NCBI GenBank assembly: GCA_022843945.1
Contig: JALHMR010000002.1
Location: 72,073 to 136,072 of the forward strand
Direction: 5' to 3'
DNA length: 64,000 nucleotides
From: Rhodospirillaceae bacterium
GTDB lineage: Bacteria; Pseudomonadota; Alphaproteobacteria; CACIAM-22H2
This document shows positions 50,920-61,138 of this stretch, piece by piece. The stretch's first letter is position 1. Every line of letters starts with the position of its first letter. The notes under the pieces are model-generated. The model was not told the origin of the DNA, ran no database searches, and saw only the letters and a list, made by a program, of their open reading frames with translations. A program made the position numbers and the translations under genes.

Positions 50920-52530
50920 TTAAATACGACGGTCTTCGGCGATCATTGCCGCGGCTTTCTCGGCAATCATGATCACCGGCGAGTTGGTATTGCCGGAGGT
51001 GATGGTCGGCATGATCGAGGCATCGGCGATGCGCAGACCCGAGAGGCCGCGCACCCGCAGCCGTTCATCGACCACGGCGCCCGGGTCCTGGCCCATCTTG
51101 CAGGTGCCGACCGGATGGAAAATCGTCGTGCCGATGTCGCCGGCAGCCTTCGCCAGGTCGATGTCGCTGCTGATCTGCGGGCCCGGGCGGTACTCTTCCG
51201 GCGTGAAGCGCTTCAAGGCCGGGGCGGCACAGATGCGCCGGGTCAGGCGGATGGCATCGGCGGCGACCTGCCGGTCTTCCGGCGTCGCCAGGTAGTTCGG
51301 CCGGATCGCCGGGTGGGCACGCGGGTCCGGGCTCTTGATCCGCACATGCCCGCGGCTGGTCGGCCGCAGGTTGCAGACCGACGCGGTAAAGGCCGGGAAG
51401 GGATGCAGCGGGTCGCCGAACTTGTCGAGCGACAGCGGCTGCACGTGGTATTCGAGATTCGCCGTGTCCTTCGAGGGATCGCTCCTGGCAAACGCACCGA
51501 GCTGGCTCGGCGCCATGGTCAGCGGGCCCTTTTTCATCAGGAAGTATTCGAGGCCCATGCCGAGGCGCCCCATGAGGCGGTTGGCCCGTTCGTTGAGGGT
51601 AACGGTGTTGCTGACCTTGAACACGGTGCGGACCTGGAGATGGTCCTGCAGGTTCTCGCCCACACCCGCCAGATCATGGCGCACGGCGATGCCGTGCTCT
51701 TGCAGTAGCGCCGCCGGGCCGATGCCGGAAAGCTGCAGGAGCTGCGGCGAGCCGATGGACCCGGCCGACAGGATCACCTCGCCCGCATCGGCGTAGTACT
51801 CAATGCCGTGCTGGAAGAACTCGATGCCGGTACAGCGCTTGCCGTCGAGGCGCAGCGCCTTGGCCTGGGCATGGGTAAGGACCTTGAGGTTGGGGCGCTT
51901 GGCCGCCGGCCGCAGGAAGCCCTTGGCCGTGGTCCAGCGCACGCCCTTCTTCTGGTTGACCTGGAAGTAGCCGCAGCCTTCGTTGTCGCCCCGGTTGAAG
52001 TCGTCGGTCTTGGGAATGCCAGTCTCCGCCGCCGCCTCGCGGAAGGCGTCGAGAATCTCCCAGCGCAGGCGCATCTCCTCGACACGCCATTCGCCGCCGG
52101 CACCATGCGCCTCGTCGGCGCCGTGGACGAAGTCTTCGGACTTTCGGAAGTAGGGCAGCACGTCATCCCATGACCAGCCGGGATTGCCCATCTGGCGCCA
52201 GAGGTCGTAGTCGCGTGCCTGGCCGCGCATGTAGATCATGCCGTTGATGGCCGAACAGCCGCCCAACACCTTGCCGCGCGGGTAGTTGAGCGCCCGGCCG
52301 TTGAGTCCCGGCTCGGCCTCGGTCTTGAAGCACCAGTCGGTGCGCGGGTTGTTCTGGGTGTAAAGGTAGCCAATCGGGATGTGGATCCAGATGTAGTTGT
52401 CGCGGCCGCCCGCCTCGAGCAGCAGGACGCGCACGTTGGGATCGGCCGACAGGCGGTTGGCCAGCACGCAGCCGGCCGAGCCGGCGCCGACGATGACGTA
52501 GTCGAATTTCCCGATGGCGGCCGCGGTCAT
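50920..52530 (-). CDS. GMC-family oxidoreductase (choline dehydrogenase-like)
   Basis: GAGSAG, RGKVLGGCSAING, GENLQDH, FHPVGTCKMG, SGNTN. Confidence 0.93.
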   Translation of the reverse strand: MTAAAIGKFDYVIVGAGSAGCVLANRLSADPNVRVLLLEAGGRDNYIWIHIPIGYLYTQNNPRTDWCFKTEAEPGLNGRALNYPRGKVLGGCSAINGMIYMRGQARDYDLWRQMGNPGWSWDDVLPYFRKSEDFVHGADEAHGAGGEWRVEEMRLRWEILDAFREAAAETGIPKTDDFNRGDNEGCGYFQVNQKKGVRWTTAKGFLRPAAKRPNLKVLTHAQAKALRLDGKRCTGIEFFQHGIEYYADAGEVILSAGSIGSPQLLQLSGIGPAALLQEHGIAVRHDLAGVGENLQDHLQVRTVFKVSNTVTLNERANRLMGRLGMGLEYFLMKKGPLTMAPSQLGAFARSDPSKDTANLEYHVQPLSLDKFGDPLHPFPAFTASVCNLRPTSRGHVRIKSPDPRAHPAIRPNYLATPEDRQVAADAIRLTRRICAAPALKRFTPEEYRPGPQISSDIDLAKAAGDIGTTIFHPVGTCKMGQDPGAVVDERLRVRGLSGLRIADASIMPTITSGNTNSPVIMIAEKAAAMIAEDRRI

Positions 52531-53243
52531 GACGCGCTGTAGCCGCCGTCCACGGGGATGGTCACGCCGGTGATCAGTTTCGCCGCCGGCGAGGCCAGGA
52601 ACACCGCCGCGCCGCCGATGTCCTCCGGCTCTCCCCAATTCCCGTCGGGCAGCCGCTCCGACACCTTGCGGAAGAATTCGGGGTTTTCGCGGCCGGGACG
52701 GGTCAGCTCGGTCTTGATCCAGCCCGGGGCGATGGCGTTGACCCGGATGCCGTCCTTGGCCCAGGCCAGGGCCAGCGACTTGGTGAGCTGCACCAGCGCC
52801 GCCTTGGCGGCGCCGTAGGCCGGCGCGTGGGGGCTTCCGAAGTAGGAGTACATCGATCCGATATTGATGATGCTGCCCTTGGCCGCGGCGAGTTGCGGCT
52901 TGAAGGCGGTGGCCATGCGAAAGCTGCCGAAGAGATGCGTGTTGATCGTGTCCTGGAAGGCCTCAAACTCGTATTCGCGGCCCCGGTTGATCTTGCCGGC
53001 GCACTGCACCAGAACATCCAGCTTCGGTGTTCCTTCGGCCAGCTTCTGGATGGCCGCCGCGTCGCAGACGTCCAGCACCACATGCTTGAACCCGTCGCTG
53101 CCGCCTGTGGCGGGAGACAGGTCGGCGAGCGTCACCGTGGCACCGAGATCGCGGAAGGCCTCGCCGATTGCCAGGCCGATGCCGCGGCGACCTCCGGTCA
53201 CCATCACCTGCTTGCCGGAGACGTCGAAACTGGGCGCCGCCAT
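52527..53243 (-). CDS. Short-chain dehydrogenase/reductase
   Basis: TGGRRGIG, YGAAK, VNAIAPG, VDGG. Confidence 0.92.
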   Translation of the reverse strand: MAAPSFDVSGKQVMVTGGRRGIGLAIGEAFRDLGATVTLADLSPATGGSDGFKHVVLDVCDAAAIQKLAEGTPKLDVLVQCAGKINRGREYEFEAFQDTINTHLFGSFRMATAFKPQLAAAKGSIINIGSMYSYFGSPHAPAYGAAKAALVQLTKSLALAWAKDGIRVNAIAPGWIKTELTRPGRENPEFFRKVSERLPDGNWGEPEDIGGAAVFLASPAAKLITGVTIPVDGGYSAS

Positions 53244-53345
53244 CGTTCCCCCTTTTTATGGTCGCCGACCCTGCCGCAAATTGCGGCCAAGGGCAAATGC
53301 CTCCGGGCGGTAGACGCCGCGCCGCCATATCCGTAGCCTCGGCAG

Positions 53346-54596
53346 ATGCACAGCGCAGTCTGGCCCCTGGCGGCGATCATTGCCGGCATCTTCATCCTGC
53401 AGGGCGGCAACGGCCTGCTCGGCACCTTCCTGTCGCTGCGCCTGGCCCTCGAGGGGGTGCCGTCCTTCCTGATCGGCGTGGTCGTCGCCTCCTACTCGGG
53501 CGGCTTCCTGGTGAGCTGCCTCTTTGGCCACCGGCTGATCCGGAATGTGGGCCATATCCGCGCTTTCGCCGTCTGCGCGGCGGTGATGTGCTGCGTGACC
53601 CTGGCCTTTGCCCTGCGCGTCGATCCCTACGTCTGGGCCGGGCTGCGCTTTCTCACCGGCGTGGCGGCCGCCGGCATGTTCATGATCGGCGAAAGCTGGC
53701 TCAACGATCGTACGCCGTCGTCGATCCGCGGCCGGGTCTTCGCCACCTACACAACGTCCAACATGATCGCGCAGAGCAGCTGCCAGCTCCTGCTGTTCGT
53801 CGCCGACCCGGCCGGGCTGGCGCTGTTCATGGTCACCGCCGGCCTCTTTGCCGCCTGTCTCATTCCCGTGGCGCTGACCAGCGCCTCGGCGCCGGCCCTG
53901 CCATCGATCGAGGCCTTCGGCTTGCGGCAGCTCTTCCGGGTGTCGCCGGTGGCTGTGGTCGGCTGTATCACGGCCGGACTGGTCAACGCGTCGGTCGGCG
54001 GCCTGGCGCCCGTCTTCGCGCTGGGTGTCGGGCTCGGCAGCTCGGAGGTCGGCGTGTTCACCGCCGCCCTGGTGCTCGGCGGCCTGCTACTGCAGTGGCC
54101 GCTCGGTCGCCTCTCGGACCGCTACGACCGGCGCCTGGTGCTGCTCGGCGCCGTCGTCGCGGCCGTGGCCGTCGGCCTGACCCTCGCGGTCTCGACGGGC
54201 GGCCCGGCAGCAGGCCTGGTGGTGCTGGCCATGGCCTTCGGCGGCACCGCCTATTCCGTCTATCCGATCTCCGCGACGCATGCCAACGACCATGCCCACC
54301 GCCAGCACGCGGTCTCGGTGTCGAGCGGCCTGCTGCTGTCCTGGGCGATCGGCTCGATCGTCGGTCCGCTCCTGGCCACGGCGACCATGGGCCTGCTCGG
54401 TCCAGCCGGCCTCTTCCTCTACACGGCCAGCATCGGCGCGCTGCTCGCGCTCTACATCGTCTGGCGCATGACGCGCCGCGCTCCCGTGCCAGCGGAGCAG
54501 CGCGGTGCTTTCGTCGCGCAATCGCAGACGACCACCCAGGTCGCCACGGAGCTCAACCCGCGCCTTGACTCGGGCGCCCATCCCAAGAATCAGTGA
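53346..54596 (+). CDS. MFS transporter (YcaD-like)
   Basis: About 12 TM; GHIRAF, ESWLN, QWPLGRLSDRYDRR, HAND. Confidence 0.92.
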   Translation: MHSAVWPLAAIIAGIFILQGGNGLLGTFLSLRLALEGVPSFLIGVVVASYSGGFLVSCLFGHRLIRNVGHIRAFAVCAAVMCCVTLAFALRVDPYVWAGLRFLTGVAAAGMFMIGESWLNDRTPSSIRGRVFATYTTSNMIAQSSCQLLLFVADPAGLALFMVTAGLFAACLIPVALTSASAPALPSIEAFGLRQLFRVSPVAVVGCITAGLVNASVGGLAPVFALGVGLGSSEVGVFTAALVLGGLLLQWPLGRLSDRYDRRLVLLGAVVAAVAVGLTLAVSTGGPAAGLVVLAMAFGGTAYSVYPISATHANDHAHRQHAVSVSSGLLLSWAIGSIVGPLLATATMGLLGPAGLFLYTASIGALLALYIVWRMTRRAPVPAEQRGAFVAQSQTTTQVATELNPRLDSGAHPKNQ

Positions 54597-54638
54597 CCCC
54601 AAGGATCAGTGACACGACAACGAATTCGGGAGAAAACG

Positions 54639-55415
54639 ATGCAGCTTGGTCTCAAGAACAAGCGGGTGCTGGTGACGGCGGGCGCGGCCGGCATCGGCCG
54701 GGCCACGGCGCGGGCTTTCGCGGCCGAGGGCGCCAAGGTCTTCATCTGCGATGTCGACACGGCCTCGCTGGCTGACTTCGCCAAGGAGAATCCCGGCATC
54801 GGCACCACGGTGGCCGACGTCTCGGACGAGAAGGCAGTCGATCACCTGTTCGCCGAAGCGGGCAAGTTCCTCGGCGGCCTCGATATCCTGATCAACAATG
54901 CCGGCATCGCCGGGCCGACCGGCCCCGTGGAGACCCTGAGCCTGGAGGACTGGCGTCGGACGCTCGACATCAACATCACCGGTCAGTTCCTCTGCGCCCG
55001 CAAGGCCGTGCCGCTGCTGCGCAAGGCCGGCGGCGGGAGCATCATCAACCTGTCGTCGGCCGCCGGCCGCTTCGGCTTTCCGCGGCGCACGCCGTACTCG
55101 GCCTCCAAATGGGCGGTGGTCGGCTTCACCAAGAGCCTGGCGATGGAGCTGGGGCCCGACAAGATCCGGGTCAATGCCATCCTGCCGGGAGCGGTGGATG
55201 GGCCGCGCATCCGCCGTGTCATCGAGGCCAAGGCGAAATCGGTCGGTGTGTCGTTCGCGGAGATGGAGAAGAAATACGTGACGCAGGCCTCGTTGGCCCG
55301 CATGGTCTCCGCCGACGACATTGCCAACCAGATCCTGTTCGTCTGCTCCGATGCCGGGCAGAACGTGTCCGGACAGCCGCTGGCGGTCGACGCCGACACC
55401 CAGTACCTCATCTGA
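54639..55415 (+). CDS. Short-chain dehydrogenase/reductase
   Basis: TAGAAGIG, NNAGIAGP, YSASK, VNAILPG. Confidence 0.92.
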   Translation: MQLGLKNKRVLVTAGAAGIGRATARAFAAEGAKVFICDVDTASLADFAKENPGIGTTVADVSDEKAVDHLFAEAGKFLGGLDILINNAGIAGPTGPVETLSLEDWRRTLDINITGQFLCARKAVPLLRKAGGGSIINLSSAAGRFGFPRRTPYSASKWAVVGFTKSLAMELGPDKIRVNAILPGAVDGPRIRRVIEAKAKSVGVSFAEMEKKYVTQASLARMVSADDIANQILFVCSDAGQNVSGQPLAVDADTQYLI

Positions 55416-55425
55416 AAGGACGCCC

Positions 55426-56367
55426 ATGGAGAGTATCGGCATCGTAGGCGCTGGTCTGATCGGCCGGGCCTGGGCGATCGTCTTTGCCCGCGCCGGGCAC
55501 ACGGTGCGGCTGTGGGATGGCATGGCCGAGCAGCGCCAGGCGGCGCTGTCGATCATCGGCGAGCGTCTGAAGGATCTGGAAGCAGCCGGCCTGGTCAAGG
55601 ATCCGCCGGCCATCCTGGCGCGCATCACGGCCGTCGACACAATGGGCGAGGCGGTACGCGACGCCGACTACGTGCAGGAATGCCTGCCGGAGATCCTTGA
55701 CCTCAAGCGCGAGACCTTTGCCGAACTGGACAGGCTGGCGAAGCCGGAGGCCATCCTCGCCAGCTCGACCTCGACCATGCCGGCTTCGTCCTTCACCGAG
55801 GGCGTGAAGGGGCGGGCGCGCTGCCTGGTGGCGCATCCCGTCAATCCGCCTTACCTCGTGCCGCTGGTGGAGCTGTCAGGCGCGCCGTGGACGAGTGCCG
55901 CGACCCTGGAGCGCGCCCGCGCCATCCAGGCCGCCGCTGGCCAGAAGCCGATCACCGTGCAGCGCGAGATCCACGGCTTCATCCTCAACCGTTTGCAGGG
56001 GGCGCTGCTCAACGAGGCCTTTCGGCTGGTCGAGGACGGCTACGTCACGCCCGAGGATCTCGACACGACCATCGCGCACGGCCTGGGCCTGCGCTGGTCG
56101 TTCATGGGTCCGTTCGAGACCATCGACCTGAATGCGCCGGACGGCCTCGCCGATTACTGCCGGCGCTACGGCGCGGTCTATCACGACATGGCCAAGCAGC
56201 AGGCCGACCCACGCGTCTGGAGCGACAGGCTGGTGGCGTCGTTGGAGAGTGGGCGGCGTCAGGCGCTTCCGGCCGCGAATCTGGGCGAGCGCCAGGCCTG
56301 GCGCGACCGGCGGCTGATGGCACTGGCGGCGCACAAGCGCGCCATGGACGCCAGGGACGGCGGCTGA
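55426..56367 (+). CDS. 3-hydroxyacyl-CoA dehydrogenase family (L-gulonate 3-dehydrogenase/lambda-crystallin-like)
   Basis: GAGLIG, QECLPE, SSTS, HPVNPP, GFILNRLQ, GLGLRW..MGPF. Confidence 0.92.
   Translation: MESIGIVGAGLIGRAWAIVFARAGHTVRLWDGMAEQRQAALSIIGERLKDLEAAGLVKDPPAILARITAVDTMGEAVRDADYVQECLPEILDLKRETFAELDRLAKPEAILASSTSTMPASSFTEGVKGRARCLVAHPVNPPYLVPLVELSGAPWTSAATLERARAIQAAAGQKPITVQREIHGFILNRLQGALLNEAFRLVEDGYVTPEDLDTTIAHGLGLRWSFMGPFETIDLNAPDGLADYCRRYGAVYHDMAKQQADPRVWSDRLVASLESGRRQALPAANLGERQAWRDRRLMALAAHKRAMDARDGG
56245..56367 (+). repeat. Direct repeat copy 1 (3' end of the dehydrogenase gene)
   Basis: 123 bp, 111/123 identical by hand count to 57765-57887. Confidence 0.9.
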
Positions 56368-56514
56368 TGGGAACGAGCAAGCCCGAGCGCGCTCGGAAAT
56401 AGGAGACGGGCGGCTGCACGGGCGGATATCAAAAGGACGTTCTTGTGCCGCGGGATGACAGGCCTTATCTGAGTATAGAAGTCCCGGCATGTCTGTCTGA
56501 CGAGGACGCGTAGC

Positions 56515-57027
56515 ATGCTGTCCAAGGTGACCTTTTTCCTCGCGCTGTTCGTGGCGGTTCAGGCGCACGCTGGCGACCTTGGGATCACCGTCCATACCGT
56601 GCGGTCCAATGCCGGGTCACTGATGATCGGGCTTTATGACACGGGAGAGGGGTTCCGGGCGGCGGTCCGGAACTCGACCGAGGCTGGTCTGCTGAACGAC
56701 CGGGCGCGTGTCGCCGGCATTGCCTTGCGGGCGGTCGCCGGCGCTCAGACTATCGTCATCAGCGGCCTGAAGCCGGGCCGCTATGCGGTCATCGCGTTCC
56801 ATGACGAGAACGACGACGGAAAGCTGGGTCAGTCACCCTGGGGGGTGCCGACCGAAGCTTACGGATTCAGCAACAACGCCCGCGGCTTCCTGCGGGCGCC
56901 TTCCTTCTCTGCCGCCGCGTTTGAGGTCGGTGAATCCGGCGCGACGACGGCCATCTCGCTGATTTACCCCGAATTCTTCCTGCCGGAAGACCTAATCGTC
57001 GACAAGCCGCCCGTCGACAAACAGTAA
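56515..57027 (+). CDS. DUF2141-family exported protein
   Basis: Signal peptide; PGRYAV..FHDENDDGKL, GVPTEAYGFSNN, PSF. Confidence 0.88.
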   Translation: MLSKVTFFLALFVAVQAHAGDLGITVHTVRSNAGSLMIGLYDTGEGFRAAVRNSTEAGLLNDRARVAGIALRAVAGAQTIVISGLKPGRYAVIAFHDENDDGKLGQSPWGVPTEAYGFSNNARGFLRAPSFSAAAFEVGESGATTAISLIYPEFFLPEDLIVDKPPVDKQ

Positions 57028-57121
57028 TATAGATCTGGAAGCCGCGTTGCGGCCGCCCGCGGCGTTATGTTCCCGGTGGGGAGTTGCCCATGGCCCCGCC
57101 GATCCGGGAGTTCAATCCCCC

Positions 57122-57727
57122 ATGCGTCTGCCCCGTCTCGCTGCCGTCGGTCTCGCCATCGGGCTGACCCTGCCTGCGTTACCTAGCTTCGCCGCCAGCG
57201 ATGCCGTCACCCTGGTTACCGAGTTCTGCGATGCGACCTTGAAGATCGTCAACGATCAGCGGATCGGAGCGGTCGATCGGGAGCGCCGGTTCCGTGGGTT
57301 GGTCGGCAGTTATCTCGATTTTCCGGCGATCGCGACCTTCGTGCTGGGACGCTTCTGGCAGAAGGCGAGCGAGAGTGAACGCCAGGAGTTCACCGAGGCC
57401 TTCGAAGAGAACATGGTTCGTGCCTATATTGCGCGCTTCAAAATTCTGTATCGCGGTGAGACAATCAGGGTCAGGGGTGCTCGCCCGGACGGTGCCGGCG
57501 TTACCATCGTGCCTGTCGAGATCCTGCGTCCCGACGCCCGACCGCCGTTGATCCTGGAATGGAAGGTTCAGGGAGTATCGCCCAATCTGCGAATCCATGA
57601 CGTCAGCGTCAGTGGCGTCAGCATGGCTCGTACCTACCGGGATGAATTCGCTTCGGTGATCCTGCGCAGCAACGGGCAGCTCGCAGTTCTCATCGCCGCC
57701 CTGCGCGAGAAGCCTGACGAGGACTAG
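57122..57727 (+). CDS. MlaC/Ttg2D-family periplasmic lipid-binding protein
   Basis: Signal peptide; DFPAIATFVLGRFW, IHDVSVSGVSM..TYRDEF. Confidence 0.88.
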   Translation: MRLPRLAAVGLAIGLTLPALPSFAASDAVTLVTEFCDATLKIVNDQRIGAVDRERRFRGLVGSYLDFPAIATFVLGRFWQKASESERQEFTEAFEENMVRAYIARFKILYRGETIRVRGARPDGAGVTIVPVEILRPDARPPLILEWKVQGVSPNLRIHDVSVSGVSMARTYRDEFASVILRSNGQLAVLIAALREKPDED

Positions 57728-57764
57728 CCGTGTCTTCCCGCCGCTCACGAGTACGACCGCGGCA

Positions 57765-57887
57765 GAGAGTGGGCGGCGTCAGGCCCTTCCGGCCGCGAAA
57801 CTCAACGAACGCCAGGCCTGGCGCGACCGGCGCCTGATGGCGCTGGCGGCGCACAAGCGCGCCATGGACGCCTAGGACGGCGGCTAG
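57765..57887 (+). pseudogene. Direct repeat copy 2: orphan 3' fragment of the dehydrogenase gene
   Basis: Encodes ESGRRQALPAAKLNERQAWRDRRLMALAAHKRAMDA*, has no 5' part, and its end overlaps the stop of the convergent cyclase gene. Confidence 0.88.
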
Positions 57888-60800
57888 TACGAGCGGGCCC
57901 TGAAGACCTTGGCGGACGTCAACCGGTCGCGATCCGCCACGATGCGGCCCGTGAAAAGGCCGGCGCCCTGTGCCTCGGCGATCTCGGAGGCCTCCGTGAG
58001 AAGGCGCAGCGCTCCCTCCCGGTCGCCATCCCGGTCGGCCAGCAACCTGGCCTCCAGCCGGCACAATTCGGACCGGAACCGCACGTTGCCGTATTCCATC
58101 ATCCGCCTGGCCTCATTGAGCATGCGGCTGCATTCGTCAAAGAGGCCGGCTGCCAGGCAGGCCTCGGCGTGCAGCAGCGGCCAGAAGTTATGATAGACCC
58201 GGTGGGCTGAGAGCATCTCGACCCCGCGCCGGGCCGTGGCCAGGCCATCGGCCACAGCGCCACGCCGTGTCGCCACGAGGCCCAGAAAAAGGTCGGAAAA
58301 ACCGGCCCAGGCCGGCAGCGGCTCGGCCCGCATCACCTCGGCCAGTTCGCGCGCGTGGTATTCGACGTCGGCGTCTTCTCCCAGAAGGTAGGGATGCAGA
58401 CAGCCGGCGAAGGTCAGCGTATGACAGCGGTCATACAGGCGCCTGGAGGTCCGCGCGTACTCGACGGTGCGCTTGCGCCAGGCATCGGCCTCGGCGCGGT
58501 TGCCCGCCAGCGTATGGACTTCGGCAATGCCCATCATCACCACTGCCGTGTGATCGGTATGCCCGGTTCGCAACTGGTCGCCATGGCGATCGGGGTCGAG
58601 CAGTTCCATGTAGCTCTGGTAATTCTTAAGCGCCGTGCGCAGGTCGCCGCAGAACAGGTCCGACGTCGCGCACATCCGCAGCACGATCAGGCGGTCGACA
58701 TCCGGACTGTCGGCAGTGGTCTCGCGAACCTGATACGCGAAATCCCGGGCCGTGCCGGCCAGGTTCGCGGTCAGCATCTGGACCCACTTGATGTGGAGCG
58801 TGGGAACCATCCGCGCCGAGGGGCCGAGCGTTCGTCCCAGCGTCATGACATGCGCGATCTCCTCGGCGACATCGGACCCGCGATGGCCGCGTGCGCAGAT
58901 CAGCGCCGCGACCAGGCTGAGCCTCTGCCCCAGCTCGCGCTCGTCCCGTTCGGGAGAGGGGGCTGCGCGCCTGGTCAGCTCGATGGCATTCCTGAAGAAG
59001 CCGACCGCTTCGGCATAGGCCGACCGGCGCGAGGCCTCCTGTCCGGCCTTGTCCCAGGCGCTTGCGGCTTCGGTGAACTGTCCGGCCGCGGCGCGCTGGA
59101 TGGCTACCAGATGCGGCGCCGCGGTGGCGATGTCGGGAAACTGCTTGCTCAACGTATCGGCGATCCGGGCATGCAGGATGGTGCGCTTGCGGCGCAGGAG
59201 CAGCCCGTAGGCGGCGTCGCGCACCAGGTTGTGCCGGAACTTGATCGCCTCGCCGAACGGGCTCTGGCCCGGCACGATGATGTTGGCGGCCAGAAGTTCC
59301 CCGATGCCGGTGTGGACGACGCTGGGCGGCAGGTCGGACACCGCCGTCAGGACGGAAATCGGGAATTCGCGGCCGATGGCTGCGGCGATCGAGGCGATCT
59401 GGCGCCCGTGAACCAGCCTGTCCAGGCGCGCCAGAAGCGATTCGGACAAGGAGAGCGGCACCTGTTCCAGGGGATTGGCGCTGAGCCCCTGCCGTATGGA
59501 ATCCAGATAGCCGCGAACCAGCTCCTCGGCGTAGAGCGGCACACCGTCAGATCGAGTGACCAGGGCCTCGGCGATCTCGGCGGTCATCGCTACCCCGGCT
59601 GCCAGGCTGAGCACCATCTCTCCAATGTCGGCAGGGGCGAGGCGGCGCAGGCGCAGGGTCTCGGCCCCGTCATTGGCCAACCAATCCGGTAACGGACCGG
59701 GCTGTGCGGTACCCACCATCAGATACCCCGCGTCACGGAAGTCAGGCAGAACGGAATTCAGCAATTCGATTGTCGAGGGGTCGATCCACTGGACGTCCTC
59801 GACGATCAGCGCGCCGGACTCGCTCACCGCTCCACGCAAGATCAAGGCAAGGAGTGCCATTGTCCGCGCCCGCAGCTCGACCGGCGCCAGGCGGGTCAGG
59901 ACTCCTTCGGCTGGACGCGCCGGATCCAGCTGTGCCGCCAGAAGCTCGATCGCCAGATCGGGCAGCGGGTCGACCGCGCTCCGCAGCCATTCCGACAGGC
60001 GGACAGCGGTCGCTGCCGCCGGCTCGTCGGCGATCAGCCCGGCGGCCTGCCTCACGTAATATCGTATCGCGTAGAACGGCACACCGATGGCGTAGGGCGA
60101 ACACTGCAGTACCACGGGCCGGTCGATGCCGGCCGTGGACAGCGCCTGCCGGATCAGGCGCGACTTGCCGATTCCGGTTTCGCCGTTGACCACGATTATC
60201 CGCCCTTTGCCGGCGCGCATGGTGGCAAAGCGCAGCGCCAGATCGGCCCGCTCGGCCTGCCGGTCGACGAAGGCCTGGCTTCGCCGTGCCGCGCGCAGGG
60301 CGTCATAGCGGCTGGCGGTGCTGGACCGCCCGCGCACCCGCCAGACCCGTACCGGTGCGGTGATGCCGTGGATCCGGACATCGCCCAGATCCGCGCAGTC
60401 GAATATGTTGCCGATGAGCTCCCGGGTCTGATCCGCGATGATCAGGCTGCCGGGCTCGGCGACTGCCTGCAGTCGCGCAGCCAGGTTCGGCGTTTCGCCG
60501 ATGGCGCTGTCGTCGCGCAGCGACAGACCCTCGTCGAAAGCACCGACGACTGTCAGGCCCGTGGCGATGCCGACCCTGACTTCCGGCTGCCGACCTTCGA
60601 AAGGCAGAATTCGGGAAACGGTTTCGATCACCGCAAGGCCAGCGGCTACGGCCCGTTCGGCGTCATGACCCGAGGCTACCGGAAAGCCGAAGCTCGCCAT
60701 GACGCCATCGCCCAGGAACTGCGACACCGTGCCGCCAAAAGGCAGGATCGCGGCTTCGATCTCGTGCCTGAAATGGGTGATGAATTCGCGAAAATCTTCG

Positions 60801-61120
60801 GGATCGCTGACGGCCGAGAGGGCCGTCGAGCCGACCAGGTCGCAGAACATCACGGTCAGAATGCGGCGTTCGGCCGCCGCGGGCGGAGCTTCCGACGCCG
60901 CCCCTGTGACGGGCGCGGCGACATTCCGCAGGGTCGCTGCCGCTGTCAGGATGCGCCGGCGATGCCCCACCGAGGCGACGCCGATGTCACGCAGGTCGTC
61001 GGCCGTCAGATCGGGCAGGGCCTGGCCGTCGATGTCGTTGTCGCGAAAGGCCTCGACGTAGATGCCAAGCCCCAATGACTCCAGCCAGGGCGCCACGTCG
61101 ATATGTTTCTGCCGCGCCAT
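57884..61120 (-). CDS. SAM + class III nucleotide cyclase + STAND ATPase + TPR-like protein
   Basis: SAM (WLESLGL..Y...F; GHRRRIL); cyclase FCDLVGST, FLGDG, GETPNLAARLQ; Walker A GETGIGKS; Walker B LIVEDVQWID; helical repeat C-terminus. Confidence 0.92.
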   Translation of the reverse strand: MARQKHIDVAPWLESLGLGIYVEAFRDNDIDGQALPDLTADDLRDIGVASVGHRRRILTAAATLRNVAAPVTGAASEAPPAAAERRILTVMFCDLVGSTALSAVSDPEDFREFITHFRHEIEAAILPFGGTVSQFLGDGVMASFGFPVASGHDAERAVAAGLAVIETVSRILPFEGRQPEVRVGIATGLTVVGAFDEGLSLRDDSAIGETPNLAARLQAVAEPGSLIIADQTRELIGNIFDCADLGDVRIHGITAPVRVWRVRGRSSTASRYDALRAARRSQAFVDRQAERADLALRFATMRAGKGRIIVVNGETGIGKSRLIRQALSTAGIDRPVVLQCSPYAIGVPFYAIRYYVRQAAGLIADEPAAATAVRLSEWLRSAVDPLPDLAIELLAAQLDPARPAEGVLTRLAPVELRARTMALLALILRGAVSESGALIVEDVQWIDPSTIELLNSVLPDFRDAGYLMVGTAQPGPLPDWLANDGAETLRLRRLAPADIGEMVLSLAAGVAMTAEIAEALVTRSDGVPLYAEELVRGYLDSIRQGLSANPLEQVPLSLSESLLARLDRLVHGRQIASIAAAIGREFPISVLTAVSDLPPSVVHTGIGELLAANIIVPGQSPFGEAIKFRHNLVRDAAYGLLLRRKRTILHARIADTLSKQFPDIATAAPHLVAIQRAAAGQFTEAASAWDKAGQEASRRSAYAEAVGFFRNAIELTRRAAPSPERDERELGQRLSLVAALICARGHRGSDVAEEIAHVMTLGRTLGPSARMVPTLHIKWVQMLTANLAGTARDFAYQVRETTADSPDVDRLIVLRMCATSDLFCGDLRTALKNYQSYMELLDPDRHGDQLRTGHTDHTAVVMMGIAEVHTLAGNRAEADAWRKRTVEYARTSRRLYDRCHTLTFAGCLHPYLLGEDADVEYHARELAEVMRAEPLPAWAGFSDLFLGLVATRRGAVADGLATARRGVEMLSAHRVYHNFWPLLHAEACLAAGLFDECSRMLNEARRMMEYGNVRFRSELCRLEARLLADRDGDREGALRLLTEASEIAEAQGAGLFTGRIVADRDRLTSAKVFRARSY

Positions 61121-61138
61121 GGGATTTCCGCTGACCGC

